A stretch of DNA of 64,000 bases from Ilumatobacteraceae bacterium (lineage in GTDB: Bacteria; Actinomycetota; Acidimicrobiia; Acidimicrobiales; Ilumatobacteraceae): the NCBI GenBank assembly GCA_963707515.1, contig CAVPQI010000002.1:280643-344642 (forward strand), in the 5' to 3' direction. The notes beneath the pieces are model-generated. The model did not search any database and was not told the DNA's origin. It worked only from the letters and a program-made list of their open reading frames with translations. Both the position numbers and the translations under genes were made by a program. Positions 1 to 7,666 of the stretch are shown here, one piece after another (the first letter of the stretch is position 1; the number at the start of each line of letters is the position of its first letter).

Positions 1-318
1 TTGCCCGAGGAACAGATTCTCGGCGACGGTCATCCGGGGGACCAGCGCCACATCCTGGTGGATGAACCGCAACCCGCGTGCGTACGCCTCGGCCTCGCTG
101 CCCAGCTGGGCGGAAACGCCCTCGATCTCGATCGAGCCACTGTCGCGTGCGACGGACCCGGCGAGGATCTTGATCAGCGTTGACTTGCCCGCACCATTCT
201 CGCCCACGAGGCCGTGGACCTCGCCGCTGCGGACTCGGAGACGGGCGTCGTCGAGCGCGGTGACACCGGGATAGGTCTTGCGGACCCCTTCCACATCGAT
301 GACGAACGGTTCTCTCAA
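1..318 (-). CDS. sugar-type ABC transporter ATP-binding protein, N-terminal fragment (gene runs off the left edge)
   Basis: Reverse-strand translation from TTG at 318 reads MREPFVIDVEGVRKTYPGVTALDDARLRVRSGEVHGLVGENGAGKSTLIKILAG..., with Walker A GENGAGKS. Absent from the ORF track because the window edge truncates it. Confidence 0.8.
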   Translation of the reverse strand, partial: MREPFVIDVEGVRKTYPGVTALDDARLRVRSGEVHGLVGENGAGKSTLIKILAGSVARDSGSIEIEGVSAQLGSEAEAYARGLRFIHQDVALVPRMTVAENLFLGQ

Positions 319-466
319 CGGGCACCCCTTCTCATCGTCGAGACCAATCAGCGGAGGGTAACACAACGATCGGTGGGTTGGTTTATACTCTCCGATTCAT
401 CATGTACTGCTACGATGCGTCACATTCAGTCGAGGAGCCGCTGCGGTTCCCTCCGTTAACCTATAA

Positions 467-1324
467 GTGTTTGGGATGGTGGCAGCGATGAGCATGAAGC
501 CTGATATCGCAATCGTCACGGGCGCCGGTCGGGAGCGCGGCATTGGCCGCGCCATCGCTCGTCGCCTTGCTCGTGACGGGTTCGCCGTGCTGGTTCATGA
601 ACGATCGAGCGATCCAGCGACTCTCTTGCCGGCCGAGACGGCCAGCGGATGGCGCGGCGCGGCGTCGGTCGTCGAGGAGATCGAGGCCTCGGGCGGCCGG
701 GCGTCGGCGACATGGGGGGACCTGTCCGACAAGTCGACGGCGGAGCGCCTCAACGACATGGCTGCTGACCTGGGGGCACTCGCCGTGCTCGTGAACAACC
801 ACGGAAGCGCCGGCGAGGCGAACAGCTACATGGCGCACGAGACGCCGGACGAGCTGTGGGATCGCACCGTGATGGTCAACCTCACCAGCCTGCATCGCCT
901 CACGTCGGTCCTCGTGCCGGCGATGGCGGCCAGCAGCGCCGCTACGAAGTCGATCGTCCATCTCTCCTCGACCGCTGGGCACCGGGTCCTCGGCCGGTAC
1001 GGCGCCTACTGCGCATCGAAGGGCGCCGTCGAGCGGCTGACCGAGCAGCAAGCACTGGAGCTCGCCCGATATCAGATCCGTGTGAACTGCGTCGCCCCCG
1101 GGCTGACGCCCACCGACATGATCGACGGCACGCTCGCCCGGGCGGCGGCGGTCGCCAACGTCGATGTCGCGACGATCGAGAAGTCGGCGCTGCGGGGCAT
1201 CCCGATGCGCCGCTTCGCCGATGCGGCCGACATCGCCGGCGCCGTGAGCTTCCTGGTCGGGCCGGACGCATCGTTCGTCACCGGGCAGATCCTCACCGTG
1301 GACGGCGGGATGACCCTCGCATGA
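467..1324 (+). CDS. short-chain dehydrogenase/reductase (SDR) family oxidoreductase
   Basis: Rossmann motif TGAGRERGIGRAIA and catalytic YCASKGAVERL. ATG 488 is a possible alternative start. The stop overlaps the next start (ATGA at 1321-1324). Confidence 0.9.
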   Translation: MFGMVAAMSMKPDIAIVTGAGRERGIGRAIARRLARDGFAVLVHERSSDPATLLPAETASGWRGAASVVEEIEASGGRASATWGDLSDKSTAERLNDMAADLGALAVLVNNHGSAGEANSYMAHETPDELWDRTVMVNLTSLHRLTSVLVPAMAASSAATKSIVHLSSTAGHRVLGRYGAYCASKGAVERLTEQQALELARYQIRVNCVAPGLTPTDMIDGTLARAAAVANVDVATIEKSALRGIPMRRFADAADIAGAVSFLVGPDASFVTGQILTVDGGMTLA

Positions 1325-2580
1325 CGACGCCGGGAACGAGCACGATGGACACTTCAGGGCACGAGTTCGAGGAGAACCTCCTCAGCGACGAGGCGGTTCG
1401 CCGCCCGCACGACTACTTCGCCCGACTCCGCGAGCACGATCCGGTGCACTGGAACCCGCGTCACAAGGCATGGGTGCTCACGCGCCACCAAGACGTGCAC
1501 GCGGCCCTGCGCAACCCCGCACTCACGGCCGAACGCATCACGCCGTTCGAGACGGCGGTGAACCGCGCCGCCGAATCCGACGCGGTCGACGACACCTTCC
1601 AGATCCTCAAGGATTGGCTCGTGTTCCGGGACCCACCGGAGCACACCCGGCTCCGGACGCTGGTCGCCCGCGCGTTCACCCCGCGCGTCGTGCGAGCACG
1701 CGAGGCGGAGATCGAGCAGACGGTTGCACAGCTGCTCGACGAGCTTCGCGGCGCCGACGAGGTCGAGCTGATCGGATCGTTCGCCTACCCGCTCCCCGCG
1801 GTCGTCATCGCCCAGATGCTCGGCGTGCCGCCGGACGAACGCGACCTCTTCAAGGCGTGGTCGGACAAGCTCTCGGCGCTCGTCTTCGGCGCCTACGGCC
1901 AAGAGGACCGGTTCCACTCGGCAGCGCTGGCGATGCTCGAGTTGCGCGACTACCTCGTCGACCTCATCGCCCATTTCGAGCAGCACCCGGGAGAGAACCT
2001 GATCAGCGTGCTGCTGGAGAAGGAAGGCGACGACGCGTTGTCGCGGCAGGAGCTGGTGGCCACGTGCACGCTGTTGCTCTTCGGCGGCCACGAGACCACG
2101 ACGAACCTCATCGGCAACGGCATGCTGGCGCTGCTCAGCAACCGTGACCAGCTCGCCCGCCTGCAGAGCGATCCGAGTCTCATCGATTCGGCGGTCGAGG
2201 AGATCGTCCGCTTCGACGGCCCGGCGCGAGCGACCGTGCGACTCGTGCGCGAGGCCCATGAGATCGATGGTCGTCAGCTCTCGCCTGGCGAGCGTGTGTT
2301 CCTGATCAATCTCGCTGCCAACCGCGATCCGGCCGCCTATGCCGACCCGGACGGCCTGGACATCGCCCGGTCGGCGTCGAACCACACCGGCTTCGGCGTT
2401 GGCATCCATTACTGCCTCGGAGCGCCGCTGGCTCGGCTCGAAGCCCGGTTGGCGATCATGGGCTTGATCGAATCGTTCCCGGAGCTCGAGCTGTCGACGA
2501 CACCCGAGGCCCTCGATTGGCATCCGACGATGCTGTCGCGCGGTCTCATCGAGCTCCCTCTCGCGTTGAGGAGTGCCTGA
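1321..2580 (+). CDS. cytochrome P450
   Basis: Heme-thiolate loop FGVGIHYCLGAPLA, I-helix GGHETT and EEIVR (EXXR). The 856-1320 part of the 574-aa track ORF overlaps the SDR gene and is Arg/Pro-rich shadow; ATG 1321 is in frame and coupled to the SDR stop. Confidence 0.9.
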   Translation: MTTPGTSTMDTSGHEFEENLLSDEAVRRPHDYFARLREHDPVHWNPRHKAWVLTRHQDVHAALRNPALTAERITPFETAVNRAAESDAVDDTFQILKDWLVFRDPPEHTRLRTLVARAFTPRVVRAREAEIEQTVAQLLDELRGADEVELIGSFAYPLPAVVIAQMLGVPPDERDLFKAWSDKLSALVFGAYGQEDRFHSAALAMLELRDYLVDLIAHFEQHPGENLISVLLEKEGDDALSRQELVATCTLLLFGGHETTTNLIGNGMLALLSNRDQLARLQSDPSLIDSAVEEIVRFDGPARATVRLVREAHEIDGRQLSPGERVFLINLAANRDPAAYADPDGLDIARSASNHTGFGVGIHYCLGAPLARLEARLAIMGLIESFPELELSTTPEALDWHPTMLSRGLIELPLALRSA

Positions 2581-2583
2581 CCC

Positions 2584-4131
2584 ATGGATGTTCGTGGACT
2601 GATGCGCCAAGCGGCGGTCTTCAATTCTCGTCGCCTCGCCATCGTGCACGGCGACACCCGATTGACCTACGCCGAAGCGTGGGACCGTGGGCTGCGGACG
2701 GCCAATGGGCTGCTGGCACTGGGCCTGCAACCGGGAGACCGTGTGGGCGTACTCGAGGACAACTCCGTCGGCGCCCAAGATCTCTTCGCCGGTGCCGGCG
2801 CCGCCGGCCTGGTGCGTGTGCCGCTGTATGCCCGCAACTCGGTGGACAGCCACGCCCACATGCTCGGCCACACTCGTTGCCGCGCCGTCGTCGTGGCGGA
2901 GCAGTACGTGTCCGACATCGACGCCATTCGCCACGAGCTTCCCGACCTCGAACACGTGCTGGTCCGCGACGACTCCTACGAGGGATGGCTCGCCGCACAG
3001 TCGTCGGTGGACCCCGACGTCCACATCGATCCCGATGATCCGTACATCATCCGGCACACGGGCGGGACGACAGGCAAGTCGAAGGGCGTCGCGTACACCC
3101 ACCGGTCATGGCTCGCTGCGGGGCGCGACTGGTTCTACAACTTTCCCCCCATGCAGGCCGGCGATCCCTGCCTGCACATGGGACCGATCTCGCACGGATC
3201 GGGCTACCTCTACACGCCGACGTGGTTGTCGGGCGGCGTCAACATCCTCCTCGACCACTTCGACCCCGATGAGGCGATCGAGGTGATGGCGAGCGAACGC
3301 GTCGCCTACATGTTCTGCGTTCCCGCGATGCTCAACGCGTTGGCGCGGAACCCCAGGGCGCGGGAACACGACTGGGCGCACCTGAAGGTCATTCAGATCG
3401 GAGGCGCACCGATCACCGACGAGACGGCGTTGCTGGCACGCGAGGTCTTCGGACCGACGTTGTACCAGGGGTACGGCCAGACCGAAGCGCTCCCAGTGTG
3501 CATGATGGGGCCGGAGGAGTGGTTCTCCGACGTGGAGGGCTCGAACCCGCTGCGCTCCGCCGGCCGGGCGCTCCCGTTCGCCTACCTGCAGATCCGCGAT
3601 GCCGACGACTCCTCGGTGGTGCTCGACATCGGTGCGGAGGGGGAGATCGCCATTCGTTGTGATGGCCAGATGTTGGGCTTCTGGGAGAATCCCGAGGCGA
3701 CGGCGAGCCGGATGACCGCTGACGACTTCGTCCTCACGGGTGACATCGGCAAGCTCGACGAGAACGGCTACCTGTACGTCCTCGACCGCAAGGACGACAT
3801 GATCATCTCGGGCGGCTTCAACATCTGGCCCGCCGAACTGGAGAACGTGATCCAGGGACATCCCGCGGTCGTCGAGGTGGCGGTCGTCGCGGTGCCGCAC
3901 GAACGGTGGGGTGAGAGCTCGCTCGCGCTCTGCGTCGTCGATGAGGGCGCCGAGGTCTCGGAGCAGGAGATCATCGATCTGTGCGCCCGAGAGTTGGGTT
4001 CCTACAAGAAGCCCACCGGGGTGGAGTTCCGGACCACGCCGCTCCCGAAGAGCCCGGTCGGCAAGATCCAGCGGAAGCTGCTCCGCGAGCCCTACTGGGA
4101 GGGCTACGACCGTCGCGTCGCGGGCAACTGA
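2584..4131 (+). CDS. AMP-dependent acyl-CoA synthetase/ligase
   Basis: AMP-binding signatures IIRHTGGTTGKSKGV, GYGQTE and TGDIGKLDENGYLYVLDRKDDMIISGGFNIWP; 515 aa. Confidence 0.9.
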   Translation: MDVRGLMRQAAVFNSRRLAIVHGDTRLTYAEAWDRGLRTANGLLALGLQPGDRVGVLEDNSVGAQDLFAGAGAAGLVRVPLYARNSVDSHAHMLGHTRCRAVVVAEQYVSDIDAIRHELPDLEHVLVRDDSYEGWLAAQSSVDPDVHIDPDDPYIIRHTGGTTGKSKGVAYTHRSWLAAGRDWFYNFPPMQAGDPCLHMGPISHGSGYLYTPTWLSGGVNILLDHFDPDEAIEVMASERVAYMFCVPAMLNALARNPRAREHDWAHLKVIQIGGAPITDETALLAREVFGPTLYQGYGQTEALPVCMMGPEEWFSDVEGSNPLRSAGRALPFAYLQIRDADDSSVVLDIGAEGEIAIRCDGQMLGFWENPEATASRMTADDFVLTGDIGKLDENGYLYVLDRKDDMIISGGFNIWPAELENVIQGHPAVVEVAVVAVPHERWGESSLALCVVDEGAEVSEQEIIDLCARELGSYKKPTGVEFRTTPLPKSPVGKIQRKLLREPYWEGYDRRVAGN

Positions 4132-4253
4132 TGGCACCGTGCCGAGCGCAGACGGCGCGGTGTCCACCTCGAAGGATAGAGACCCACCGTTCGTTGTGTT
4201 ACGGTGACCCCGGCGCCAGGAGGCGCCGTGGTGTCAGCTTCTGAGGGGGAGTG

Positions 4254-4733
4254 ATGAGCGAGACCTTTTTCCACATCGGAATCCTGGTGAAGGACATCCG
4301 CGCGGCGATGGAGCGCTTCTCGGCGGTTCTGGGAGTCACGTTCAACGAACCGACCGTGGTCCACTTCAACCGGCTGGAGGATCCCGATCCGCACGAGTTC
4401 GATGCACTCGTGACGTACTCCCGCCAGGGTCCGCCGTACTGGGAGTTGATGGAAGCCCGGGACACCGGCTTGTACTCACTCGAGCAGCACGGGGAAGGGA
4501 TCCACCACGTCGGCATCTGGGAGTCGGACAACGCCGCCAAGACGGCGGAGTTCCACCGTCAGGGCCTGCGCGTACCGATGCGCATCGTCGCCGAGGACGG
4601 CTCGACGTTCGTCTGGTTCAACGACCCGACGCAACTCGATGGCGTGCGCATCGAATACGTCGATGACGCCAACCGGGCTGCGATCGAGGAGTGGATCGCC
4701 ACGGGTGTCATGGAGGGCGGCTTCAACGTCTGA
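4254..4733 (+). CDS. VOC (glyoxalase/bleomycin-resistance/dioxygenase) family protein
   Basis: FHIGILVKDIRAAMERF and GIHHVGIW segments typical of VOC folds. GAGGGGGA RBS-like run just upstream; GTG 4251 is an alternative start. Confidence 0.75.
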   Translation: MSETFFHIGILVKDIRAAMERFSAVLGVTFNEPTVVHFNRLEDPDPHEFDALVTYSRQGPPYWELMEARDTGLYSLEQHGEGIHHVGIWESDNAAKTAEFHRQGLRVPMRIVAEDGSTFVWFNDPTQLDGVRIEYVDDANRAAIEEWIATGVMEGGFNV

Positions 4734-4759
4734 ACGGGCACGAATCTCAGGTTCTGAAT

Positions 4760-4771
4760 ACAAACGTTTGT
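4760..4771. promoter_or_regulatory. perfect 12-bp palindrome ACAAACGTTTGT (candidate operator) in an AT-rich island upstream of the binding-protein gene
   Basis: The sequence is its own reverse complement. It sits in the only AT-rich stretch (4741-4790) between the VOC gene and the ABC operon, and a TTGACA hexamer follows at 4779-4784. Confidence 0.3.
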
Positions 4772-4826
4772 TGGTTTATTGACAGATCGCGACGACGGTG
4801 TCGTCCGCGCTCGAGGGGGAACTTTC

Positions 4827-6014
4827 ATGACTACGCACCATCGGATCCGGCGACTCGCCACCGTTCTGCCCGTACTCGGTCTCGTCCTTGCGACGGCGGC
4901 CTGCGGCTCCGACGACGACGCCTCGGATTCGCCGACGCCTGCCGACACGACGACGGAGACGTCGGCGACGGTGGACGGGACATCCGCTCCCGCCGAAGCG
5001 GATTCAGACGGTGACGGGCTCGCTGCGGCGCAGGCGATCGTCGAGCAGTACCTGCAGGCGCCGACCGAGTCGATCTTGCCTGACCCCGTCGAGTCCGTGC
5101 CCGCCGACGTCAGCGTGTACTTCATCGAGTGCGGCGTGCTCTCCTGCCAGCTGATCGGTGACGGCATCGAGGAGGCCGCCGACTCGCTCGGCTGGACCGT
5201 GACCCGAATCCCGGCCGGCGCAACACCGGAGGAGACCAACGCGGCATGGACGCGAGCGGCGGAGGACAAGCCCGACGTCGTGATGTCCGGCGGCGCCTCG
5301 ACCGAGCTGTACGCCAGCCAGCTGGCAACCCTCGAGGACGCCGGCATTCCGGTGATCCAGTACTCGATCCCCGAGGGAGTCGGCAACGGAGTGGTCGCCA
5401 ACATCATCAGCGTCGACCGCTTCAAGCTTCAGGGTGAGCTGATGGCCGCCTACGTCACCGCCCAATCCGAGGGTGCGGCGAATGCGGTGTTCTTCTACGC
5501 CCCGGACTTCGCCATTCTCGAAGTGGAGCGCGAGGCGTTCGAGGCATCGTTCGCGGAGTACTGCCCGGCATGCGGTTACGAAGCGGTGGCGATCTCGGCG
5601 GCCGACATCGGCACGGCGCTGCCTGCCCAGGTCGTCGCCTATCTCCAGGCCAATCCGGACACCAACTGGATCGTCGGGGCATTCGCTGAGGTGCTCATCG
5701 GTGTCGAGCCGGCGTTGGCGGAGGCCGGCCTGCTCGATGGTGTGCAGGCGATCGCGCAGGGCGGAAGCCCCGACACGTACAGCCGCATCGTGAACGGCCA
5801 ACTCGAGGCTGCCGACATCGGCATGGCGCTCGAGTTCGTCGGCTACCTCAGCATCGACGCCGCCGTCCGGGTCCTCAACGGTGACGACGTCTCCAACCAC
5901 GACGTCCACCTCCCGATCCAGATCCTGACGGAGGAGAACATCGACGATCCGGCCGTCAACTGGCCGGGCATCGACGGCTACCAGGCGCTCTTCCAGGGAC
6001 TGTGGGGCGTCTGA
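4827..6014 (+). CDS. ABC transporter substrate-binding lipoprotein (monosaccharide/ribose-like type)
   Basis: Lipobox signal RRLATVLPVLGLVLATAAC-GSDDD. GAGGGGGA lies 6 nt before ATG 4827. Followed directly by a two-cassette ATPase and a permease. Confidence 0.85.
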   Translation: MTTHHRIRRLATVLPVLGLVLATAACGSDDDASDSPTPADTTTETSATVDGTSAPAEADSDGDGLAAAQAIVEQYLQAPTESILPDPVESVPADVSVYFIECGVLSCQLIGDGIEEAADSLGWTVTRIPAGATPEETNAAWTRAAEDKPDVVMSGGASTELYASQLATLEDAGIPVIQYSIPEGVGNGVVANIISVDRFKLQGELMAAYVTAQSEGAANAVFFYAPDFAILEVEREAFEASFAEYCPACGYEAVAISAADIGTALPAQVVAYLQANPDTNWIVGAFAEVLIGVEPALAEAGLLDGVQAIAQGGSPDTYSRIVNGQLEAADIGMALEFVGYLSIDAAVRVLNGDDVSNHDVHLPIQILTEENIDDPAVNWPGIDGYQALFQGLWGV

Positions 6015-6115
6015 GCCTCACGTCGACGGCGCTCGTCTCCGAGCGCTGAGCTCGCTCGCCTCGCCGGCGCCGCAGAGATCGCGCGGCGCCGGCGAGGTGG
6101 CTTGCAGGACCACTC

Positions 6116-7666
6116 ATGCTGACGATCGAACATCTCTCGAAGACATTCCCTGGCCAACGCGCCCTCGACGACGTGTCGTTCGACATCGCCGCCGGCGAGG
6201 TCCACGCGCTGGTCGGGCAGAACGGCTGCGGCAAGTCCACGTTGATCAAGGTCCTCGCGGGCTTCCACGTCGCCGACCCCGGGGCAACGTTCAGCCTCGA
6301 TGGCGAAGCGTTCTCGCCGTCCGATCGCCAGTTCCAGGCTCGGCGGGCCATCCAGTTCATCCATCAAGATCTCGGGCTCGTCTCGGGGATGTCGACCGCC
6401 GAGAACCTCGCCTTGGGCAGGTCGTTCCTCACGGCTCGCTCGGGTCGGATCCGATGGCACGCGGAGCGCGATCGAGCGCGTCGACTGCTCGAGGAGTTCG
6501 GGGTCGACTTCGACGTCACGCAGCCGGTCTCGACCCTGACCCAGGCTGAACGAACCACGGTCGCCATTCTCCGCGCCGTCGGCGGCGAGAGCACCCCTCG
6601 GGTGCTGGTGCTCGACGAGCCCACCGCAGCGCTGCCCGAACGTGAGGCCGGAAGACTCTTCGAGCTGGTCGAGCAGGTCGTCGAGCGCGGCACGGGCGTC
6701 CTCTTCGTCTCGCATCACCTGGGCGAGGTGTTCGCACACACCGATCGGACGACGGTGCTGCGGGACGGGAAATGTGTGGCCTCGGTGTCGACGAGGTCGT
6801 TGGATCACGACGGTCTCGTCCAGTTGATCGTCGGTCGCTCGGTCACGTCCGACGTGCCGCGGACCCGCACCGCAGATCGCGATCGGTTGCTCAGCGTCGT
6901 CGGGATGCGGACGGCGCTCCTCGACTCGGTCGACTTCCACGTTGGCCGAGGTGAGATTCTCGGCTTCGCCGGACTGATCGGGTCCGGTCGAGAGCATGTC
7001 GCCGGGGCGATCTTCGGCCTCGTGCCTGATGCCGAGTTGACGATGGACCTGGACGGCGTGGCGCTGCCCCGGCTCTCGGCTGCACATGCGCTGCGGCTCG
7101 GGCTGGCCCTCGTGCCCTCGGAGCGCCAGGTCCGAGGCGGCATCGCGACGATGACGGCGCGCGAGAACGTCACGCTGCCGCTGCTCGCGCCCGTCACCGT
7201 CGGTGGCGTGATCTCGAAGTCCAAGGACAAGGCCGATTCGCTGGCGTGGCTCTCTGGGATCGGCCTCGCGCCACTCGACCCGGAGCGCAACTTCGCCCAG
7301 TTCAGCGGTGGCAACCAACAGAAGGCTGTCCTCGCCAAGTGCGTGCGACTGGCACCCAGGGTCCTGCTCCTGGAGGAACCGACGCAGGGCGTCGACATCG
7401 GTGCCAAGGCAGCGATCTTCGACGTACTCCGCCAACTGGCCGAGAACGGAACGGGGATCATCGTGTGCTCATCCGACGACGAGGAGCTGGCGTTGTTGTG
7501 CGATCGAGTGCTCGTGCTGCGTGACGGGAGCATCGCCGCCGCGCTCGAGGGCGACGACCTGGTGACCGACCGACTGGTCGCCGCGGCAATCGGACACGGA
7601 ACCGACGACGTCCCATCGACTCCGAGCGCGGCGCCGATCGCGTCCCACCCGGTGGAGGTCGACTGA
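6116..7666 (+). CDS. sugar ABC transporter ATP-binding protein (two fused ATPase cassettes, RbsA/MglA type)
   Basis: 516 aa. First cassette has Walker A GQNGCGKST; second cassette has signature FSGGNQQK and Walker B LLLEEPTQGVD. Its stop overlaps the permease start. Confidence 0.9.
   Translation: MLTIEHLSKTFPGQRALDDVSFDIAAGEVHALVGQNGCGKSTLIKVLAGFHVADPGATFSLDGEAFSPSDRQFQARRAIQFIHQDLGLVSGMSTAENLALGRSFLTARSGRIRWHAERDRARRLLEEFGVDFDVTQPVSTLTQAERTTVAILRAVGGESTPRVLVLDEPTAALPEREAGRLFELVEQVVERGTGVLFVSHHLGEVFAHTDRTTVLRDGKCVASVSTRSLDHDGLVQLIVGRSVTSDVPRTRTADRDRLLSVVGMRTALLDSVDFHVGRGEILGFAGLIGSGREHVAGAIFGLVPDAELTMDLDGVALPRLSAAHALRLGLALVPSERQVRGGIATMTARENVTLPLLAPVTVGGVISKSKDKADSLAWLSGIGLAPLDPERNFAQFSGGNQQKAVLAKCVRLAPRVLLLEEPTQGVDIGAKAAIFDVLRQLAENGTGIIVCSSDDEELALLCDRVLVLRDGSIAAALEGDDLVTDRLVAAAIGHGTDDVPSTPSAAPIASHPVEVD

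Noticed and set aside
856-1320. N-terminal extension of the P450 ORF (574 aa in the track)
   Set aside because: It overlaps the SDR gene in another frame and is Arg/Pro/Gly-rich. The ATG at 1321 is in frame and coupled to the SDR stop.
1354-3102. 582-aa minus-strand ORF
   Set aside because: It is antisense to the P450 and acyl-CoA ligase genes, is Arg/Gly/Val-rich with no recognisable motif, and is the typical shadow ORF of a high-GC genome.
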